Source: a virus. From it: a stretch of DNA of 28,978 nucleotides. Made by a program: the position numbers and the translations under genes. Shown piece after piece: positions 9,413 through 18,200 of the stretch. Every line of letters begins with the position of its first letter. Position 1 is the first letter of the stretch. Location of the stretch: positions 66,356 to 95,333 of IMG/VR virus record IMGVR_UViG_3300039208_000165; one strand, 5' to 3'. Below the pieces are notes generated by a model. That model had not been told where the DNA came from and ran no database searches. It saw only the letters and a program-made list of their open reading frames with translations.

Positions 9413-9828
9413 TAGTACTTCCTCTCCTTGTCTCTTTTATGGACCTCCGACCAGTAGACCAGTAGGAAGGGATGGTTCTCTTCCTCATGTTCTCTGCAAT
9501 CTATAAGTATCCAGTCTTCGTTTTCGAGTTTTTCGAGGGAGTTAACGTATTTCCCCTTTACCGAACACTCTTTAAAAAAAACTTTGTCATCCTTATAGTC
9601 TACCCCTTTCCACTGGAGTACTGCTTGGTAATAATCTTCCATAGCAGGTAAGATGACGTGCTGCTTAGTCATATCTAACGTTAGCTGATCCTGGTCATTA
9701 ATCCTAGCTGCGTCCTTGAGAACGGCCCCACAAAAATAAGCCCCCTTGAGCACTGCTCGGTCGTCCTCCGCATACTCTACTGAATCCCAATGCAATTCTA
9801 AACGATACTTGCTTAATACCTTCATCAT
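9412..9828 (-). CDS. 138-aa hypothetical, charged (Lys/Glu/Asp-rich) probably non-structural protein
   Basis: Fills the operon gap exactly, with GGAG upstream. Composition differs from the Thr/Gly-rich neighbours. Confidence 0.7.
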   Translation of the reverse strand: MMKVLSKYRLELHWDSVEYAEDDRAVLKGAYFCGAVLKDAARINDQDQLTLDMTKQHVILPAMEDYYQAVLQWKGVDYKDDKVFFKECSVKGKYVNSLEKLENEDWILIDCREHEEENHPFLLVYWSEVHKRDKERKY

Positions 9829-9838
9829 AAAGCTCCGA

Positions 9839-10528
9839 TTAAAAGAAGATCAACTGGTGAGGAATACTGGCAGAGGACTGTCCTCTCTTACCATCTTCCT
9901 TACCCACACCTCCACCGACCTGGGTAGCTCGACCAAAGTCCTGATCGTCGTCGTTACCTAGACCGGGAGAACCCGCACTCACACTGATATTTCGTCCCGT
10001 AGCGTCAACCTGTCCGGGAGTTCCCGTAGCACTGTCCACCAGTACAAGACCGTCATTGCTGACGATATCGGAACCCGTAATTCTGTTTCCCTCGGCAAAA
10101 CCCTGGATGTAAGCGATGTTACCAGTAAAGCCTTGAATCTGGGGCTTACCCGTAAGACTCCAGCTCTCCTGGCCATATCCCTGGTAATCCTTAGAATAAG
10201 AGAAACCGGTAATGAACAATGCGTTACTACCGGTTCGGACAATAGGATCAGTGGCTCCAGTACAAGGGGCGGGGGTGATTGTGATGTCCATCTTAGCGGT
10301 GGAATCATCACAAGAGGTGGACGGTGCAAGAGCGACAGGAGTAGAGGCACCACCATAGCTGGTGATACTAGCGCTCTCCTGAGTAGTGACGTTCGTGTCA
10401 AAAGCGTTAAAGCTTCCGAGCTGGAACAATCGCTCTACCTGAGGGGACAGGTTAAAACTGACAGAGACAAATCCGCTGGAAATCTTGTCGGATGTAACTG
10501 TAGTTCCTGCACCGATGATGACAACCAT
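9839..10528 (-). CDS. 229-aa tail tube-fold-like protein (start corrected to ATG at 10528)
   Basis: ATG at 10528 overlaps the TAA of the upstream gene and follows AAAGGAGG, so it is more plausible than the GTG at 10576 in the track. 'GFVSVSFNLSPQVERLFQLGS' and 'LFITGFSYSKDYQGYGQESWSLTG' resemble tail-tube (gp19/Hcp-like) strand patterns. Fold is inference. Confidence 0.6.
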   Translation of the reverse strand: MVVIIGAGTTVTSDKISSGFVSVSFNLSPQVERLFQLGSFNAFDTNVTTQESASITSYGGASTPVALAPSTSCDDSTAKMDITITPAPCTGATDPIVRTGSNALFITGFSYSKDYQGYGQESWSLTGKPQIQGFTGNIAYIQGFAEGNRITGSDIVSNDGLVLVDSATGTPGQVDATGRNISVSAGSPGLGNDDDQDFGRATQVGGGVGKEDGKRGQSSASIPHQLIFF

Positions 10529-10740
10529 TATTCCTGTTCCTCCTTTGTAGTCTTGGGCTTTCCGCAGATAGTGCACGGGTCACCCATAGTTAGCGCGTCG
10601 CAGGGAATGCACTTACCCATCTGGCCTACGATCTTCTCGGCCTGCTCGCGCTGATGCGAGGATAGGTACGCATACTTCTGGTAGTAACCAGACGCACCTT
10701 CCTTATTCTGTCTGTTGTTTGGTCTTCCGCAACAACCCAT
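10528..10740 (-). CDS. 70-aa Cys-rich zinc-ribbon-like protein (MGCCG...CIPC-x8-CTIC); start corrected to ATG at 10740
   Basis: TAAGGAGAAGGA directly upstream of the ATG at 10740, just after the stop of 10752..11039. Two CxxC pairs. Confidence 0.75.
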   Translation of the reverse strand: MGCCGRPNNRQNKEGASGYYQKYAYLSSHQREQAEKIVGQMGKCIPCDALTMGDPCTICGKPKTTKEEQE

Positions 10741-10751
10741 ATTCCTTCTCC

Positions 10752-11039
10752 TTATGGGGTAGTACCGCGAGGACAATCATTCGCGCACCCCGTTGCTATT
10801 AGTGTCATTCTATGTTCAAACACTGAGGGAATTGAAGCGGGGATTACAGCAGAGACTACCTCCGTAAGGTAACCTTTGAAATCCACGCCGCCAAAAGTTA
10901 ATTCCGTGTAGTTACGGGGAGGATTAACTCCCGGTACCTGTTCTGTAGAGACCACCGTAAAAGAAACCGTAGCCAGTCCGTTAGACTGGTACGAGATGTT
11001 GATGGTCGGACAATCGATAAATTCAAACTGCTCAGCCAT
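10752..11039 (-). CDS. 95-aa hypothetical beta-rich tail-associated protein
   Basis: Co-oriented with a TAATG overlap at its start. Alternating hydrophobic beta-strand pattern (INISY...ATVSFTVV...FGGVDFKGYLTEV). Confidence 0.7.
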   Translation of the reverse strand: MAEQFEFIDCPTINISYQSNGLATVSFTVVSTEQVPGVNPPRNYTELTFGGVDFKGYLTEVVSAVIPASIPSVFEHRMTLIATGCANDCPRGTTP

Positions 11040-11377
11040 TAGAGAGCCGCCGCTCCGGGCACATCATCCTCATCAATGATGATCCGATCATAAGTCTCCG
11101 AGGCTGTGAAGACAATATTGTTGGTGTTCGGATCCAGGAATCTCTGCGCACTGTAGCTAGCTGCGGTGTAGTTACCGCCCAGCCCAATCATATCAGTGGA
11201 GCAAAGGAGCCGCTCCTTGTCCTCACAAGTATCCGTGATAACCTCCTCAGCCATAAAGGTCTGCAACACGTATCCGGTGATGTCACCTGGCTGAGAAGCT
11301 ACGGAGGTCTGGCAGGTGTCAGAACGGGCCTGCGGGCCTCCGGCTCTTAGTCTGTAAGATGTTGATCTTGTTACCAT
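11039..11377 (-). CDS. 112-aa hypothetical tail-associated protein
   Basis: TAATG overlaps at both ends. AAGGAG upstream. Confidence 0.7.
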   Translation of the reverse strand: MVTRSTSYRLRAGGPQARSDTCQTSVASQPGDITGYVLQTFMAEEVITDTCEDKERLLCSTDMIGLGGNYTAASYSAQRFLDPNTNNIVFTASETYDRIIIDEDDVPGAAAL

Positions 11378-12018
11378 TATAGTAGATCTCCTTCACACGA
11401 TGGAATTGAGTACTGGAAAGTATAGCTATTTGTGGCAGCCCCAGGAGCTTGAACCTGGACGCTGAAATTAGTAAGTTTAACTTCCAATCCTAGAATGGTA
11501 AAGTCTAGCGTATCCGCGTCCGTGGTATCGAACGCGAAAGGAGGTCCCGTCCAGATGAGATCGGAACCTAGGAACCTCTCCGTATCCACCACCTGCGTTG
11601 CGGGCCCTGAGGACGCGCTAGCATTGACGGTACGGAAGGAGCAGAACTCGTCCGTCAGGGTGATGCCATCAATCTCATCTCCCTCACGAAAAGCCTGTCC
11701 TGTTTTGGTACGGATGATCCGGGTGATATTGTTCTCGCAGTCGAAGCGCTGCTGGGTGGGCAAATCTACACCAGCTTGGGAGGGACAGGACGTCCCCAGA
11801 AGCTTGTTTGAAGAGCCCTGAGGGAACGCGTAAGCGGTTATATTCATAGTTCCGACCGAGGGCCCCTTCAGACGCTTTCGGACCTCTGAGAACACATTTG
11901 GAGCTGCGTCACATTGACTTAGGATGTCAAGGAACTCGGACGAACCAGTTATACTTACTGAGATAATCCCCTCGTACCCGACCTGGAACAGGCCAGCTAC
12001 GACACATTCGCATACCAT
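11377..12018 (-). CDS. 213-aa Cys-containing tail-tip protein, possibly tube/distal-tail fold
   Basis: AGGAGG upstream. 'GIISVSITGS', 'MNITAY' and 'LTNFSVQVQAPGAATNSYTFQY' parallel motifs in the 9839..10528 protein. Confidence 0.65.
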   Translation of the reverse strand: MVCECVVAGLFQVGYEGIISVSITGSSEFLDILSQCDAAPNVFSEVRKRLKGPSVGTMNITAYAFPQGSSNKLLGTSCPSQAGVDLPTQQRFDCENNITRIIRTKTGQAFREGDEIDGITLTDEFCSFRTVNASASSGPATQVVDTERFLGSDLIWTGPPFAFDTTDADTLDFTILGLEVKLTNFSVQVQAPGAATNSYTFQYSIPSCEGDLL

Positions 12019-12038
12019 GGGTAGATTTGTTCCTCCTA

Positions 12039-12067
12039 ATTATACGGGATTGTCAACCTAAACGCAA
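12039..12067 (-). promoter_or_regulatory. Putative sigma70/sigmaA-type promoter: TTGCGT-N17-TATAAT
   Basis: The minus strand reads TTGCGT ttaggttgacaatcccg TATAAT taggagg in the longest intergenic gap (12019-12069). Perfect -10, 3/6 match -35 (TTG), 17-nt spacer. Confidence 0.5.
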
Positions 12068-12069
12068 CC

Positions 12070-12978
12070 CTACTCGGAAGCGTAAACACCAAATGCCGGA
12101 CCACCCTGACCAAGGTTGCTGTGGTCGTGGACCGGGATTCCGAGAGCAGTGGCTGTTCCGACGTTACCTGCGCTAGAGTCTCGGAAAGTAACTACATTTT
12201 CTCCCAGGGCTAATTGGGTGTAAATAGCGGTACCATCCATCCTGTCTACGATAGTACCAACTCTGGTATCTGAAACCGCCCAGGTATCACCTGGAGCATA
12301 AGTGGCATTTTCCACCCGGAAACGAACAGATCCATTTACCGGAATGGCTACAGATGCGGGTCTAACTCCCAAGGTAGAACCTCCTCCACCAGTCAGAGAG
12401 GTGTCTCTCTCATCCTCAATTTCCTCTGGCTTCTTAGTGTTGTTCAGGGGGTCGTAGTGAGGACGCTCAGTCCGGACAAGCTTAGGATTCTCTCGAACAT
12501 TAGTGTCCGTAGCGGTTACGCGGGCAGAGCCTCCCTGACCACCAATTCTAACATCGTAAGAGATACCCTTCTGCGGCTTAGGAGTAACCTGGGTAATAGC
12601 AGCAAAAGTCTGCGCAGCTCGGGTGCGCTGACGGCGGGAAACATTCTTGCCTTCCAGTTCCTGAAATCTATCAGCACCGGAAAGATTAACGATATAAGAA
12701 GTAGCACGCTCAAAAGCGGGGTTCACTGTGACGGATCGGACTGTGCCTGTAAAGATGGTCTGCTCATTACCCTCGGTACCCGCCCTGATAACAATCTGCT
12801 CACCCGTCGCAAACTGCTGGGTAACGGGAACCTCAATAGAGGCACTGAATGTAGCAGCGAGCGCGGTGCGGGAGCGTTGGACATTAAAGGACTTGATGTC
12901 CGGGGTGACAAAGGTCTTGTCTCCGATTGTAATCTCAGCTCGGATCTTCTCAATTGTAATGTTTGCGCAACTGGCCAT
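12070..12978 (-). CDS. 302-aa baseplate hub-like protein (Mu gp44/P2 gpD/T4 gp27 N-terminal-like) with C-terminal Ig-like (Big-2-like) domain and HxH tail
   Basis: N-terminus 'AEITIGDKTF...IKSFNVQRSRTALAATFSASI...GEQIVIRAG...IFTGTVRSVTV...IVNLSGAD' follows the hub N-terminal barrel pattern. 'VRPASVAIPVNGSVRF...TWAVSDTRVGTI...GTAIY...GENVVT' is Big-2-like. Ends with VHDHS. Confidence 0.65.
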   Translation of the reverse strand: MASCANITIEKIRAEITIGDKTFVTPDIKSFNVQRSRTALAATFSASIEVPVTQQFATGEQIVIRAGTEGNEQTIFTGTVRSVTVNPAFERATSYIVNLSGADRFQELEGKNVSRRQRTRAAQTFAAITQVTPKPQKGISYDVRIGGQGGSARVTATDTNVRENPKLVRTERPHYDPLNNTKKPEEIEDERDTSLTGGGGSTLGVRPASVAIPVNGSVRFRVENATYAPGDTWAVSDTRVGTIVDRMDGTAIYTQLALGENVVTFRDSSAGNVGTATALGIPVHDHSNLGQGGPAFGVYASE

Positions 12979-15221
12979 TAGATATTCTCCACTGGGTTAT
13001 TAAAGATTCGTACCTGACACTTGTCTCCTACCGAGATATCTTCCAGAACAAAGCTGAGCGCGGTAACCTCGTCCCCGCCCCGGAGACGACAGACATAAGT
13101 AGCACCATCACCATAATCCTGGATAATGGTACCTTCCTTAGTAACATCTTCTGTCTGAAGCTGATACTGGGAGTCGTTAAAGCTACCTGCTGTGAGGTAT
13201 CTAGGACCGGTAGTAACTGTAATCAAATACTGACTTCCGTCCTGATAGGAGTAGTTAATTTCATTGATGATGGATGTGTTACCACTAGAGTCTGTAAATA
13301 CATCTCCCAGCCGGGGAGTAGAATCCGGACCCAACACAACAGATGTGGTAGTAACAGTCTCGGACTGCTGAGACAGGAAGTTCTGAGCTACCTGGAGAGA
13401 CTCTTGCTCGTCCAGGAAGGGCAGCGTGATGTCAATGGTAGTACCATTAACGTTGTCCTGAAGAATGGACAGCTCACTCTCATCAAAGTCCTGCGTAGTA
13501 GAAGGATCGTTATCTCTAATACCGTCGGTCTGATCGATGATGCCCGTCCCAGGAATAGTTCTACCCCCCGCCCCAGACTGCTCATCAATACTCTGGAGAA
13601 AGGTCTGGTTAGATGCATACGCAATGGGTGCAGGCTCATCTACCAAAACGATGGGGGTATAGGTAATAGCAATAGAGTTAGCGATAGACATGGCGTTTCC
13701 GGAGGGGTCATAAACATCAATGCTAGGACGTCTCCGCTCCACGATAATGCACATCTCACCACTAACTACCTTGTATCCTAGGGAATCGCCAATAGCACAA
13801 ACGTAATCTCTAAACTGATTAGTAGACACTACTGGATTATTAGGATCGTCCTTGGTTGCTTCCAACCAATCAAAATCCGGGGGTACCTGGGGGTTGTCGT
13901 CATAGAACCGACAGATCAAAGCGGTGTAGTCACTGTCAATTACGCTGAACAGGTTGATCTCTACATCACCGTTAGCTCGGGAAGTCCATGTCCAGTTCCT
14001 ACCATGCTGAAGACTAATAAGCTCCTTGTTGGTTCCGATGATGGTCTTAGCAAAACCCGCGCCACCAAATCCAGGACCACCACCTACGAACTCTTGGACC
14101 TGGAACACCTTCTGTCCGGAGAAAACAATGTCGGTCACACCAATGAAGTCGGACTCTTCTTCCCCGTACTTGTTGGTTCTAACGAAACGCTCATTACCAA
14201 GCACCACCAAAGACCCAACAACGGTGGTGGTACTAACGTCACAGTCGCCGGTGTTCTCATTAACCGTAGTCACGGTAGCCTGGACAGAAGAACCAGCTGC
14301 TCCACCTACACCCGCGCTGGGCGAACGTCCCGCGCCGATAACACCACCGCCCTGACCGGCACCATTAAAGGTATTGGAGATAGGGATGGTTCCGTCTACT
14401 ACACTCCTCTTAAATAGCTCGGAGTCAATTCGGATGTATTCCTTGTACGAGTCACCAAATGAAATTCGAACACCTGTAGGAGTGGGATTACCATTGTTAA
14501 CGTCAAAGTCAACGATGTATCCCAGCAGGGATTCGAAAGCCTTAATCTCATAGGAGTTGATGATGTCGTCGTTGTACTGCTGGTCGAGAGCGGGGTCGTC
14601 GTATGCGATGGTAGCATACTTAGAATTGGCTTCCTGCTCACATGTCTGGTTAGCGCAGTCGTCATAACCGAAATACTCTGCGTTCTTCATTCCGTCAAAG
14701 GAATCCCGAAGCTCGCGTGTGATCGGGGGATCATATCCCCGCACGATAACCATGTTAGCATCGTTAATCAACTGACCTGTAGGGATGCAGTATCTAACAT
14801 CCAGACCAGTAGCGGGAGATCTACCCACGATATAAAACCTAGCGATACCAAAAGGATCAATCTCTACCTCTGCGAAACCACCGGGACCTGTTCGACTAGA
14901 TCCGGGTGGCGGGTCATCTAAAAGCTCAGTAGCCAAAGACAGTCGGAGCATGGAGGTAGCGTCCTGATTCCGAATATCGTATCCCGGAAGAGAACCTCCT
15001 AGAACCGGCTGGTTGAATGGAATATTACAAGTCTCCAGAACAAACTGAGAGACAGGCCGGTCGGGATCAGGATCCAAAGTCGTGTTCTGCGGATCCGGAT
15101 TACCGATAACAACAGTCTCAAAGCTAGGAGATCCCTTGAACACCAAATTATTAGTAGTCTGCTGGAGCGCAGCCTGAGTGTTCGGGTTGTTATCACCTCT
15201 TGTAATAGGATTGTCTACCAT
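12978..15221 (-). CDS. 747-aa tail-tip/baseplate hub-type protein with C-terminal OB-fold-like segment
   Basis: Lies immediately downstream of the tape measure gene. Hub-like motifs 'EVEIDPFGIARFY', 'NMVIVRGYDP' and 'PRLGDVF...IINEINYSY...YLITVTTG'. Terminal 'EGTIIQDYGDGATYVCRL...ISVGDKCQVRI' resembles gp5/gpV OB folds. Confidence 0.6.
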   Translation of the reverse strand: MVDNPITRGDNNPNTQAALQQTTNNLVFKGSPSFETVVIGNPDPQNTTLDPDPDRPVSQFVLETCNIPFNQPVLGGSLPGYDIRNQDATSMLRLSLATELLDDPPPGSSRTGPGGFAEVEIDPFGIARFYIVGRSPATGLDVRYCIPTGQLINDANMVIVRGYDPPITRELRDSFDGMKNAEYFGYDDCANQTCEQEANSKYATIAYDDPALDQQYNDDIINSYEIKAFESLLGYIVDFDVNNGNPTPTGVRISFGDSYKEYIRIDSELFKRSVVDGTIPISNTFNGAGQGGGVIGAGRSPSAGVGGAAGSSVQATVTTVNENTGDCDVSTTTVVGSLVVLGNERFVRTNKYGEEESDFIGVTDIVFSGQKVFQVQEFVGGGPGFGGAGFAKTIIGTNKELISLQHGRNWTWTSRANGDVEINLFSVIDSDYTALICRFYDDNPQVPPDFDWLEATKDDPNNPVVSTNQFRDYVCAIGDSLGYKVVSGEMCIIVERRRPSIDVYDPSGNAMSIANSIAITYTPIVLVDEPAPIAYASNQTFLQSIDEQSGAGGRTIPGTGIIDQTDGIRDNDPSTTQDFDESELSILQDNVNGTTIDITLPFLDEQESLQVAQNFLSQQSETVTTTSVVLGPDSTPRLGDVFTDSSGNTSIINEINYSYQDGSQYLITVTTGPRYLTAGSFNDSQYQLQTEDVTKEGTIIQDYGDGATYVCRLRGGDEVTALSFVLEDISVGDKCQVRIFNNPVENI

Positions 15222-15231
15222 CTAATTCCCC

Positions 15232-18200
15232 TTAGGATGACTTCTGGGCCAGACCCAGTGCCTGTCCCGCCTTCTGGTCCGCGGTAAGAGCCAGCTGCCG
15301 GATCTCGGCAATCGATCTCTCATTCGCGGTGACTCTCGGAGTAAGCTGATTTACAGAAGTCTGAACCGCACCCACCTCAGTAATAACCTTCTGGCGGTTG
15401 CTCTCAATTGTCTGATCGAGTGCAGTCAGTCTATCGGTAAGAGTGCTCACGTTATTAGTTGCGGTCTCCGCAACGGTAGTCGCGTTCTCCGCGGTAGTCT
15501 TAGCCTCTGTAGCCTCTTCCTTGGCCTCAGTGGCAAGGATGTTGGCGTCGCTAGCGTTGCTCTCCGCCGTGGTAACTCTCGCATCGATTCCTTCAAGAGT
15601 CTCGCTGAGAGTAGTTACCTCGCCGCGGGAGGTGGCAAGATCTGCGGTTGTAGTAGCAACGGTAGCAGCAGTTGTACTAGACTCCAGCTCGACAGCAGCC
15701 AACCTCTGCTCCTGCGCGGTCTGGGTAGTGGCCAGGGTATCAATTCTACCAGTGTCGAACCCTTCTACCTCGGTAGTTAGAGCCTCAAGCGCGGACTGGT
15801 TAGCAGTGGACAAGGCGGTGTTAGTGGTAATCCTGCCCTCGTGGTCGGTCAGCTGCGTAGTGTGAATCTCACTAGTACCTTCCAGGTTAGAAACAGCGGT
15901 GGCTAGCTGAAGAACATCAGCACCAAGAGCGCTATCACCTCCCTCTGTGTTGATGTCAGAAAGATTGCTTACTGTAACCGAAGGCTCGTTGGTGACCTCT
16001 ACGCTAAGGGACTGCCCAGTAATAGCATCTGCTACCTGGCTTCCAATATTCTCAATACTACTAGTCAGACTGTCCGGCAGAGTTAGTTCGCTCAAACCAT
16101 CTAGTTTAGAATTAAGTGATTCTATCGCAGAACTCAAGCTCTCTACAGCGTCCGCTGTTCCAGAAGAATCTGAACCAGTTCCTCCCTGCTGATTTACTCT
16201 ATTTGCAGCAGAGGTGTCTTGTGTTCCCGGCGCACCGTTGTTATTAGTAACGATTCCTCCAGGTACATTGTCAGCGTTGCCCTGGCCTCGGGCCTGTCGC
16301 TGCATTTCTAGGTTGCTGTTGGTAGTTCCGACTGCAGGGATGTTCGTCTGGCCTGCGTGGTACTCACGACTCCGTTGCATCTTATCGATGTAAGCGTTAA
16401 GATTAATAGGACCGTCCCCTGCCAAATCTCCCTCGGAGATCAAAGTCCCACCACCGTAACCGCGCTTAGAACTAGCAGAAGCAAAGAACTTATTACCCAT
16501 TGTTCCGCCCAGCTGCTGCTTACTGTAAACATCAGGTCCCGCTTCCGCCATCTTAGCAGCTACAATAGCATCCCAATCCTTAGCTACAGGCTTAGCGGCT
16601 GCCGGGGGAGCCTCGCCTGCCGGAGTCGGTCCCGGACCCATATCAACACCACGGGTATTCCACCAATCAGCGGCGTCACCGGCCAAGTTACCCGGTGCCA
16701 TCAAAGCCTTACCGCCCATCTGAGCAATCTGACCCGGGACACCTCCGAGCTTCTTATTCCACCACTGACCAGCGTAGTCCAAAGAACCCGCTCCGCTGAA
16801 ATGATCAGCAACCATACCGGCCGCTCCTACCAGACCACCACCGATAGCACCGACGGGACCAGCAACGGCTCCTCCTCCAGCAGCCAGGGCAGCTACACCT
16901 CCGGCACCCAATGCTTGAGAAGTTAACTGTCCTCCGTACTTATTCAATTCCTCTGGTGTCTGTGCTGATTCTGCACCGACCATCGTGTTAGCAGCCTGAT
17001 AAGCTTCAAAGCCGACACCTGCCGCACCTAAAGCCTTACCTGCCCGGGCCCAACCGCTTCCCGTCCAAGCTCCTGCCTGACCGGCTCTCCAGTTCTGGAA
17101 CCTCTCCCCCATACCAGGGGCAGTAGCGGGCCCCTGGGGAGCTGTCTGCGCAGCACTTTGGATACGGAAAGGCTCATTGTGCATGGCTTCCCACTGAGAA
17201 GCCTCAATGTCGTTCATTCCGCGCCAATTACCTGCGCGGGCCTTAGCAACATCTTCAGCGGCGGAAGGTCCAGGACCGTCCTGCAAAGAGACTCTAAGAG
17301 CAGAATCCTGCAGATCATCCATCATGTAACCACCGCCGAGGTCAGACGCGCGAGGGCTTACACTCAGATCCATACCGGCACGACGGGCGGCCGACCTATA
17401 AGCACCTGTCTGCTCAGCAAGTGGGGAATTGGTGCTTCTAATCTCAGAGAAACCCTCGGCCTGAGCCCACTTCATGGTCTCTGCGAGCCTTCCGGAACCA
17501 ATTCCCTGACCTCTTAAGTGTTCAGGAAGTTCAACTCCCGCATCCTTAATATGGGTACCCTTAAGAACCTTAGAACCGTCAGAAGCAGTCTCAACCTTAA
17601 ATTCCTGAAGACCAACAAGCTTACCGTCCAGATGAGAAGAGGCCACTACTAAATCATCGCCGATCTTCTGGACCGTGTTGATTACTCTACCAAATTTAGT
17701 CTCGATAACGTCTGTGGGTAGGTCTACAGCCCCCTTAGCTCTAAGACCCATAGCAGCTAACAGACCGGCCCCACCCATTCCCGCCTGATTGGCTCTATTC
17801 TGACGGGCCTCCTGAAGAGAAGGGGCACCGGCTGCAGCGGCCTGAGCCTCGGTGCGAGTACGCGGCCAGCCCCGGGCCTCAAGATCATTGGACAGAGCTT
17901 GCTGCTCTGCAGTAGACGCGGTCGGGTTCTCGGTAAGACCCGAACGCTGCTTAGCCAAAGCCTCAAAGGCCTGACGGATAGCACGAAGCTCAGCAAGTTG
18001 CTGATCTCCAGTATTCTGAATAGCCTGGGCTACGTGGGTCGTACCCTGTCTAACCGCAGCTGCCTGCTGATCCTGGGCCGCCTTCTTAGCTTGGCCCTCT
18101 GCCTTAGTCCGCATCTCCTTAGCGAAATCAGCTAATCTATCCAGAGAAGGAATACCCTTGAAGAACAACTCACCGTCACGCCCCTTCTTCTGGGCCTGCT

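Noticed and set aside
9571-9582. T8 run (GTT TTT TTT AAA on the minus strand) as a possible programmed -1 frameshift site
   Set aside because: A -1 slip meets TAA immediately. Tail-chaperone frameshifts normally lie upstream of the TMP gene, which is outside this window.
10529-10576. ORF-track N-terminal extension of the 9839 gene (GTG at 10576)
   Set aside because: It overlaps the zinc-ribbon gene. The RBS and TAATG overlap point to the ATG at 10528.
12070-15221. Bacterial T6SS or contractile injection system instead of a phage
   Set aside because: No T6SS membrane complex, ClpV or sheath gene is seen in the window. A TP901-type TMP carrying an RNA polymerase fits a DNA-delivering virion better. 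Tail type (contractile or not) cannot be settled from this window.
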